A stretch of DNA of 64,000 nt from Lama guanicoe (lineage: Eukaryota): the NCBI GenBank assembly GCA_013239625.1, contig MU053758.1, positions 3,829,490 through 3,893,489 of the forward strand. The letters are read 5' to 3'. Below are positions 52,138-60,871 of this stretch, in pieces (the first letter of the stretch is position 1; every line of letters begins with the position of its first letter). The translations under genes were made by a program, and so were the position numbers. Below the pieces are notes generated by a model that was not told where the DNA came from, made no database searches, and was given only the letters and a program-made list of their open reading frames with translations.

Positions 52138-52469
52138 GTGAGAGCGCCGGGGAAGGGTGGGGAGAGTCCGGGATGAAGGTTGATGGGATCCCCTACCCTC
52201 ATTAAGTTACCATGCTCACACCTCCGTGTCTCCAGGGCTTGGACCTTTCTCTTAGCCCAAAACTGTGTTAGGTCTCAGCTCCAGGACCCACCCTGGCATC
52301 CCAACCCTCACCTTCAAGCTGCCCTGCTGCCTCAGCCCGGGCCCTGCCTGCCCCTCTTACTCCATGCTCACCCTAGCCCTGCGAGGTGAAGACAAAGGCT
52401 ATTCTCCCATCTCTCAGGTGAGAAAACTGAAGCCCTTTAAGCTTGACCCCTCTCTCCTTTGCAGACAAG

Positions 52470-52926
52470 ATGCAGCGACTGTGTGCGTTTGCCCTGATCT
52501 TGGTGCTGGCTCTGGCTGCCTCCTCCGAAGCTTCTTGGAAGCCCAGCTCCCAGTTGCAGGAGGCACTTTTGGCTCCAGGGGCCAATAGAGGCCAGGAGCA
52601 GCATGGGCTGGACCGGCTGGGCCCAGCCTCTCACCACCAAAGGCAGCTGGGGCTTGAGGCTCCCCCACATCTGGTGGCAGGTAGGGGCTGCTGATAGCCG
52701 TCCTAGCTCGGCTCACCCAGCCAGGTTTGGCCAAGGTCCCCACAGGCTGGCCCTGGCTTTGGTCTCCAGAGGCTAGGCATCCTTCTGCCATCCTCACCTC
52801 TTCTCCCACCTCTGACCCTCAGACCTGTCCAAGAAGCAGGGGCCATGGCTGGAGGAAGAAGAAGCAGCATATGGATGGATGGACTTCGGCCGCCGCAGTG
52901 CTGAGGAAGGGGACCAACATCCTTAG
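52470..52926 (+). CDS. GAST: Preprogastrin, 104 aa; join(52470..52680,52823..52926)
   Basis: [25 protein letters not shown]...[50 protein letters not shown]. Signal peptide, KK site, gastrin-17 with WMDF and GRR amidation signal; 142-nt GT-AG intron. Confidence 0.98.
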
Positions 52927-52987
52927 AACCGAGCTGCAGAGCCTAGTCACCTCCCAGCCCAGCCCCACCCCCTGAAAAGCAAATCAA

Positions 52988-52993
52988 AATAAA
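52988..52993 (+). terminator. GAST: GAST polyadenylation signal
   Basis: AATAAA ~60 nt after the stop, followed by GT-rich sequence. Confidence 0.85.
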
Positions 52994-53839
52994 GTAGTTT
53001 CAGGTTGATCACATTGTGTCAAGTGTCATGAGCCAGGGGAGGGAGTTTAGGGGAGGGCTCAGGTGGGAAGGAAAGTTGAGTACCCCTCTAGGGGCAGAGA
53101 CCATGACTAAGTCATCTCAGTGTCCCCAGAGCCTAACATTGAACAAGACTCTATAGCGTGGGTAGGAGAATGGATGGGGGTGTCGCAACCAATTTCTAAA
53201 AGAGAAATCAAATCATGCCACTTCAGGTTCAACACTCCAGTGCTTCCCATGTTTTTTAGAATAAAATCTGGACTCCTCGCCACAGCCCTAAGAGCTAGCC
53301 CTGCTGTCCTCTTCCCCCTCATGAGTTCCTTTCTCCCTTCTCTTCCTTTCTGCTACACAAACACACCATGCTCTTTCCTGCTCAGAACCTTCGTCCTTGC
53401 TGTTTCCTGTACCTGGAACGCTTTTCCCTGGGCACAGACATGGCTGGCTCTTCTTTTTCTCTTGGGTCTTGATTGAACTGCCTCACCCTGAGACACCAGC
53501 CCTTTCTGCTCCTCACCTTTCACACACAGCCCCTGGTAGCTTCTAATCACAACATCGTATTTTCTGGAGAGCACATTTCGCAATCTGTAGTTATTTTGTT
53601 TGCCAGCTTCTTGTCTGCCTTCCCAGTTAGAAGGGAAACTCTGTAAGAGCGGGGACCACATGTCCCTCTTCCCTGCTATACCCGCAGTGCCAAGAACAGG
53701 AGGTGCCTCATAAATACTTATCAGACAGATAAACGAGGGACACTTGGTGTTTCACCCATTTTCCCTCATTGTTCTTGTGGCTGTCACAGCATCCTACCCC
53801 AGGCACATGCTACTCTCCACCTGAGGGCTTTCAGAACGC

Positions 53840-55330
53840 AAGGCAGGCTGGAAATTCTTGGGAGTTAGTGCCTTCAGAAGCATCTCTCAGTCAATGTCAG
53901 ATGAGAGTTGGAGGATAAATACCCCAGGTCCTCCCCCATGGAGCGGGGTGGGGGAACTCTGAGGTGTCTGCTAATCTGTCTCCCAGAGGTCCCCAGCAAG
54001 ACTGAGTCCTAGTTGCCCACAACAGTAACCTGCTCAATGATATCATTTATTGGCTTCCTTCCTTTCCCTGTCTCACTGCCTTAGGCTGTTATTCATGTTT
54101 CATGGGATCACCACCCAAATAAATGTACTTGCACTCAAATCCTGATCTCCAGGTCTGCGTCTGGGGGAACTCATCTTAAGCCAGTTTGTCCCAGAAGAGG
54201 GTGTAGGAAGCAAGACCTTCATGATAGGATGCTGAGATTTGATACCTCACCAGTCAGATCCCATTGCTGTGATAAGTGGGATGCTGATAACCCCCAAAGC
54301 ATCACAGTCACCTGTTTATCCTCTCATCTTACATAACAAATCCATTCTAGCATGCCTACTTCTCTGAGCCTTTTGACTCCATCCTCAATACCCTACTGAG
54401 GCAAGTCAGGCATCTTCAATTGCTGTAGACCATTGTTTTGTCCAAGCTTCAAGGAGGCATTCTCAGCGAGGCATTAGACTCCAGGTGTCTGTGTCAGGAA
54501 ATTAAATCCTGAGTCATAGGAGAGAACCCTCCTCTCCCATATCAATAAAATCTCCTCTATCCAAACATTATACCATTCCCCAGCTCACTCTCCCAGGTCT
54601 ACCGGCATCAAAATCCACTCCTCTATGTGTTGTCCTGGTTCCTGCTGGTACATATTTTCCATGTTATTTAGGTCCCGCAGCATTTTGGGGTGAATAATTC
54701 TTTTCTATTTGGGACAGTACTTCACCACATACTGAGACTTGACCTTAGATTTTGGTTTAGAAACCCTTAAGGGAGGCAGAGGAAATGCTCTCCTCTGGCA
54801 AAGTAGGATTCCATTCCGGAGAGATTCCTAGAGATGCAGGAGTTCAAGATTCTTAAGGGCACCTCCTCAATGTCCCACCCAAGCTGTCATGGTCCCTTTT
54901 ATTTCATTCTGGGACTTCAGCAGAGGAGACCTGCCAGGGCTCTAGTTTTATCCTCCTTTGTTACTCTGCACTCTCACAGTCAGAGCTGGGGCTTGATTTT
55001 CAGCACAATCTCCCCTTTGCTGCAGTGGAGGCCGTTTGACTTCTGTACCGTATCCTGAGTTAATGGTTGGCCGACCCAAGGCTGACATTTTCTTCCTTCA
55101 GAGATTCTCTGACGATTAGCAATAGCCAGCCAATTCCACAGTCATAATCATCATTGCTCTTATCTCTCAAATGCTGAAGCAATTGCATAAGCCATTGCCC
55201 CCTCCTCCACCTGTATCCCATCTGATAAGAATCTTGGTAATTGTGATGCTACAGACCCCACAGGGCTGGAACTGTCTGTTGGACAAGAATGCCAACGTGA
55301 AGTTTCTGGCAAGTCTCAATAAGAGAATTG
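53840..55330. mobile_element. Ancient ERVL-type LTR (~53840-54185) and decayed internal sequence
   Basis: LTR16-like 3' end GGGATCACCACCCAAATAAA...TGCACTCAAATCCTGATCTCCAGGTCTGCGTCTGGGGGAAC; a similar end recurs near 58500-58570. Confidence 0.5.
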
Positions 55331-55343
55331 CAGTGTAGACCTC

Positions 55344-55615
55344 TAGGGCTGGCAAACTTTTCTTTGTCGTCGTGTGTGTGTGTGTGTGTGGCTTTGTTTT
55401 CAAACCCCTCTTTGGCAAACTTTTTCTTAAAAGACCAGATAGAAAATATTTTAAGCTTTGCAGGCCAAGAGGCAAAATAAAAACTATTGCATAAATACTC
55501 ATATAACCTCCTAAACTAACCATGTGAAACATAAAAACCATTCTTAGCTTGTAGGCCTTACAGAAACAGGTGATGGGCCAGATTTGACCCATGGGTCAGA
55601 GTTTGCTGATTCCTG
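55344..55615. mobile_element. MER58-like hAT DNA transposon with an internal (GT)n
   Basis: Imperfect terminal inverted repeats AGGGCTGGCAAAC...GTTTGCTGATTCCTG; internal TTTGCAGGCCA and GGGCCAGATTTGACCC motifs. Confidence 0.7.
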
Positions 55616-55697
55616 TTCTAGGGCAAGTTCATGCCATCTGCAGAAGAGCATTATTTACTGTTTAAAAAGCCACTTTTTAAAAGTGAATAGCTTTTTA

Positions 55698-55866
55698 AAA
55701 GGGAATAGCTCAATGGTAGAGTGCACACTTAGCATGCAGGAGATCATGGGTCCCATCCTCAGTACCTCCATTAAATTAAAAAGTAATAACAAATAAATAA
55801 ATAAAGCCTAATTACCCCTCCCCCCAAAATAAAATAAAATAAAATAAAATAATTAATTAATTAAAT
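55698..55866 (+). mobile_element. tRNA-derived SINE (first of a tandem pair)
   Basis: AATAGCTCAATGGTAGAGTGCACACTTAGCATG...CAGTACCTCC with an (AAAAT)n tail. Confidence 0.85.
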
Positions 55867-55881
55867 AAAAAGCCACTTCTA

Positions 55882-55970
55882 GGGGGTGGGGGTATAGCTC
55901 AGTGGTAGAGTGCGTGCTTAGCATGCACGAGGTCCTGAGTTCAATCCCCAGTACCTCCATTTAAAAAAAA
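55882..55970 (+). mobile_element. tRNA-derived SINE (second of the tandem pair, short form)
   Basis: GGGTATAGCTCAGTGGTAGAGTGCGTGCTTAGCATGCACGAGGTCCTGAGTTCAATCCCCAGTACCTCC plus poly-A. Confidence 0.88.
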
Positions 55971-55979
55971 AGCCACTCC

Positions 55980-58572
55980 TGGCAAGCTACAGAGCCCTAG
56001 AAGGAATGAGCACTTGACCACTAGACATTAAGTCACTATGCAACCAGAGTTGCCCATCACGAGCTGGGTATTTTCAGACCCACCACACTCATAGTCATAA
56101 GGTTGGTGGGCCAAGCAGTGATTCACTTTAGGATGAAGTGGTACATTGGAGATGGGGCCCGAGGAGGGCCAGGGACACAAACAAGTTACTCAGTCACACA
56201 CACCCCCAGGTCGGCTACGTCTGCTGCACCAGCCTCTTCCTCCACTCATCCCTATGGCCTCGCACACAGGAGGGAAAATCTCAGGTCTGGTTCACCAATG
56301 GGAAGGCTTGATATTCCGGGAAAAACTGAAAATGAACTGCTGCTGAACTCCCGCCCACTCTGGGAGACAGCAGTAAGGGGTCATCCTTCCAGCGGGGGGA
56401 GTGTCACATAGTAGACCTGGTCCCCACTTGGCGTGGAGGGAGGAGTGGTTTGGGGGAAGAACATACAGAGACCTCTGGGCAGCCACAGCTGGATCACCTG
56501 ATTAGTCAGGGGATGTGTGGGAGCAAGATTAGAAAATCTGAGACAAAGACTTCTAGGGAAGAGACAAGTAGATGGGTCCATGGAGGGCAGCACAGAGCAT
56601 CCGGATCCTTGTGTCTGACATCAGTGCCCACCCGAGAGCATCCACCTGAACAACCAGGTGGACAGGATGGCTCATCCAATGGAGGTCAGCTCGACAGTAT
56701 CCGACCACTCCATATTTGCACTGTGGGCCCATGAATACAGTGACACTGGTGGCATGGGCCCGACAACCAATCCAGCTGCTTCCCCTGCTGAGCATCTGAC
56801 CTGCCAGCAGCAGAAATCAATTCTGAGCCCTGGCTATGGGACCAGGCCGTGAGAGGACCCACAAGCCACTTGCTGGTGCGTTGATTACACCAGAGACCTT
56901 TCACCCTAGGAGGGGCATTGAACCATCCTGCGGGGGACTGGTTCATGTTCTAAGGCTTCCTTTCTGCCTGTAGTGCCTCCACCAGCACTACAGGACCACA
57001 GGGTGTCTAAGGACTTACAGTGTGTGGCTTGCCATCACAGGACCCGTAAATCAGGACCTCAGACAAGGGGCCTGCTCGATAGTAAAGAAGGTGCAGCAAT
57101 GAGCAGGTGACCATGGATCCACTTGCTCTCCCAGAGTCCACATCACCAGAGAACAGAAGCCTGAGAGAATGTTGGAATTAAAGGCTCAGCTAAGGCACTG
57201 ACTTGGGATGCACCCCGAAAGCTGGGATGCGGCATGTACTTTGAACCAGAGATTCATACAGGGTTCTATATCCCCGACAGCCAGAACACAGGGGTCCGGG
57301 AACCCAGGGGCAGAGTGGAAGTGACCCTCATCACCGTCCTTGCCAGGGGCCCACCTCAGGAATTTGTTTCCTGTCCCCACAATTTTAGACATTTCTGGAC
57401 TAGAAATCCTGGTTCCTGGGGGAAATGCTTCCACCAGAGAACATAGTGAAGATTCTCCTTAAGTTACAGGGCTGCCTGGTCATTTCTGGCTCTTTATGCC
57501 ATTAGACCAGTTGGCAAGGAAAGTTCAATTACTAACAGGGCTTACTGACCCTGATTAGCAAAGGGGCTAGGATCACTGCCTCATAACGGGGGCAGGAAGG
57601 AGTACTTAGGGTCTGGAACTCAGGGGAATTCGCTGGGGCGCCTCTGAGAGCCTCCTGCCTGGTGACATTGATGGTTTGACCAGGGCCTGATGACCAAGGG
57701 TTCAGACCTCTCAGGAATGAAGATCTGGGTCTCTCCACCAGGAAAGCAACCCGGACCAGCCGATGTGCTGGCCAGGGGGGAGGGGACTATAGGATGAGCG
57801 GTAGAGGAAGGAACTGAGGCATGTCTAAGGATTCAGGACCAGTTGCAGCAGTGGGGACCACAGCTTACACCATTCGCCCTCCAGATGTAATTTTTCTTTC
57901 TAAGATATTGTGACCAGCTACCAACTTAAAGAAGCAATGTCAGGCCAGGGCACGCCACATGGGGCTTGAGTGCATCTGAGTGGCACAAGGGGTGGACTGT
58001 AGCCAACACCCAATGACCTGCCCGCATCCTGGGTGCTCACCATTCCAGCACATGCTGATCATGGTCCACGACAAGCGGTTACTCTCTGCGGGGGGTGGGA
58101 GGTGCCTTTTCCTCAGCCCATGCAAGAGGAGGCGAGAGCACCAGAGAGTTAATGCCCACAGGAGCCGCCCTCAACCAATGATGAGAGTTGGAGGATGCAG
58201 GCCCCAGCTTCCTCTGGGTGGGATAACTGAAATGGGTTCTGTATCAGCGTGTCTCCAACTTTAATATGCATGTGCGTTACCTGGGGACCTTGTTAACATG
58301 CAGATTCTGATGATACAGGTGTGGGGTGCAACCTGTTCCAGATATCTGATAAACTGCAGATGTTAGTGATGCTGGGCCACAGACCACACTTTGCAACGGG
58401 CTCCACTCCCTCCCAGAGCTTCCCAGTAGGACTGAGCCTCCATCACCTAAGCTTCCTTCTCTGCTTAATTCCCCACTCCCCCCAAGAGTGCTTCCTGGGA
58501 TCACCTTCCAAATAAACCACTTGTTTTCACATGCTGTTCCAGGTCTGCGTCCAGTGGACCTCTACCTAAGAC
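55980..58572 (+). mobile_element. Decayed ERVL-like internal region and LTR, with a MER5A-like hAT insert (~58245-58395)
   Basis: Degenerate retroviral pol-like motifs, LTR end GGGATCACCTTCCAAATAAACCACTTG...CCTAAGACA, and MER5A hallmark ACCTGGGGACCTTGTTAACATGCAGATTCTGAT...ACCACACTTTG. Confidence 0.5.
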
Positions 58573-58951
58573 AGTGATGACTTTTATTCTTGTTTTACCC
58601 TTCGCAGCCAGGCACTGGGTCTGGAGCAGAAAGGATCAAGCATGGGCTCTGGAGGCCGGAAGGCTTGGGTTCAAATTCCAGCTCCACCACCAGTGGTGAG
58701 GCCCTCAGGAGGCTCACTTCACCTGTCTGGGCATCAGTTTCATCACCTGACAACTGTTTATCAGATCACTCACCATCCCTCAGGGGTTGCTGATATGATT
58801 ATGTGTTTGATCAAAGCCCTCGGCACATCACTCAATACAGGAGCCCATCCTCTCTCCACAGCTTCGCCCCCACAGAGTGCACACACGCGCACACACGAGC
58901 ACACGCACACATTCCCTGAGAAAGAGGCTGGGCCAGGTCGTGCACAGGTCC

Positions 58952-58957
58952 TTTATT
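58952..58957 (-). terminator. HAP1: Probable HAP1 polyadenylation signal
   Basis: TTTATT (AATAAA on minus) followed on the minus strand by a GT-rich tract (~58875-58912). Confidence 0.7.
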
Positions 58958-60341
58958 TTCTGCACCGGCACATACACAGGCTGACAAGCAACAGGAGCGT
59001 GAGAAGCGCTGTGGATAGCAGGGCAGGTATCGATGGGGGTCCGGAGCCCCCGACTCCAGCTGTTTATAAGCAAAGGGTGGGAAAGGGCCAAACATCTAGA
59101 AGGAGGAAACAAGGGACACTGAGGGGAGGACCTGAGGGTAGTGACAGGGCCTTGGGAGGGAGCCTGGACACTCGCGGGCCACAGGCAAGGAGGTGGGGAA
59201 AGAAGACCCTCGGCCAGGCAGAGGGTCTCCTCACCTACGCAGAGACACATCTGATTAGAAACAGTAATTAGGGACTGAGGAGAAAGGGCCAAGAATTGAG
59301 GGAGATGAACCTGTTCCTAAAAGTCAACAAGTACTAAGGAGCCACCTTTAATTTGGGGGTCAAGGGGTGAGGGGCGTGTGGTTAGCAGGGGTACCCAGAA
59401 CAACTTCCTACACCCGGGCCGGAGCCCTGGCCCCAGCTCAGAGCTGGGTCTGGTAGCTGGTGGGCCTCCCCCTGGGCTTCTTATGCCCCCTGGGCCACCA
59501 CGTGATCCAGGCCCAGCAGCCACAGCTTTTGCACCAGCTACAGAACGAGGGTCGGGGTTCCTTCTGCCTGTCCCAGAAAAGGCTCGAGGCCTGGGCCCTC
59601 AAGTTGCGGCCCAGGTTCATCAGGACAGAGGGTGGGCTGGTGACAGACCGGGGGTCCCGTTTCAGAGCATGGGAAGGAGGCTCTGGGGAGGCGGGGACTT
59701 GGCCAGGCAGCGGAAGGAGGGGCCTCAGGCTTTCTGTGGGGCCTCTGCAGGCTGCTGGGAAACAGCAAAGCCTGGAAGAGAAGGGGGTAGATGTGAACTG
59801 GGGGCTTGAGAACCATAGGCCTGGCCTGGGCAGCAGGCAGGGGCTGGGCCCGGTCAGCTCTATCAGAGAGAGATAGCCACCACTGGTAGTTATGCAGGTT
59901 GCCTGCTGCCCAGCCACAGGTGTCACAGTTCAGTTTACAACCTACATACCCTTACATGGCGACCCTGATGAGGCCACCCAGCCATGACCAAAGAACTGTC
60001 AGAGTCAGGGCAGGCCAGATACAATCATGAGGCTGCCAAGATACAATCCTAGGGCCTGCTGGGTCACAACTGACCCAGCAGGCCAGGCAGACACCAGGAC
60101 AGGGTTAGAGGGGAGGGCTGGGTCAGGAAGGTCCCTGCGGCACAGTGGCGAGGAAAACAGGCTCAATGGCCTTGAACAAACTACTTTGTTTCTGAACCTC
60201 AGTTTCCTCACCAAATGGGGACAGTACCTACCTATAAGGTTGTGAGGATTAAAGGAGATAATTCGCATCACTAAGTCATCTTTGATATCTCTAAGAGCTC
60301 CTTGAAGGCAGGGCTCACATGGCTTAGCACACAGCCTGCGC

Positions 60342-60667
60342 TCAGTGAGTGCTGCTCCCCAAGCTTTGGGGTTTCCAGCTGGGGAGAGGAGACCCTAACC
60401 CACCCCACCACCACCCTGCAGGAGACCCTAGCCCACCTTCAGACTCACCCAGGGGACTGGTCCGACTGTGGCTGGTGGAGGCCTTCATCCCAATGGCCTG
60501 GGTGGCCCCAGAAGGCCCCTCTTCCTCCCAGGCCCTGGGAGGGTGGTTGGCCCTGTCCTCCTCCAGCCTCCGCAAGTCCTGGGTCGGCACCCTGGGCTGC
60601 TGCTCCACGATCCCGCCCCCCATGTTTGTTTTGGCCTGCTGCTGCCACTGCTGCAGGGTTGGGGAGC
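60342..60667 (-). CDS. HAP1: Alternative terminal exon encoding the HAP1B-type C-terminus (donor at 60937), with an extended tail
   Basis: AAAG|GTGAG donor joins in frame to CCCCAAG|GC, giving GSPTLQQWQQQAKTNMGGGIVEQQPRVPTQDLRRLEEDRANHPPRAWEEEGPSGAT..., which resembles the rodent HAP1B tail as recalled. Confidence 0.8.
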
Positions 60668-60718
60668 CTTGGGGATGGGGGAGGAAGGGGTAGGGGATAG
60701 GGGAAGGGGGTGGGCAGA

Positions 60719-60735
60719 NNNNNNNNNNNNNNNNN
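60719..60735. other. Assembly gap (17 N) followed by poly-G
   Basis: Run of N within the HAP1B-specific intron. Confidence 1.
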
Positions 60736-60871
60736 GGGGGGGGCACAGTTCCCACTGAGGGGGACCTGAGGTGCCTATGTAAGTGATATGCGAAGTCCAT
60801 GCAAATCAGCACGCTGAGAGGGGCCAGGCTGGGGTAAGTGAGCACTTGGGGGGCTCACCTACCCTCACCTG

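Noticed and set aside
52443..52694. ORF-track gastrin with extra N-terminal residues and ending AGRGC
   Set aside because: The ORF runs into introns; the real start is 52470 and the exon ends at the GT donor after 52680.
55892..55955. tRNA gene (also at 44308, 49301, 34540 and others)
   Set aside because: A/B boxes are present, but the copies are dispersed and diverged with A-rich tails and TSDs, so they are SINEs.
55980..58000. Intact or domesticated retroviral gene
   Set aside because: Only short interrupted frames; consistent with neutral decay of an ancient ERVL-like element.
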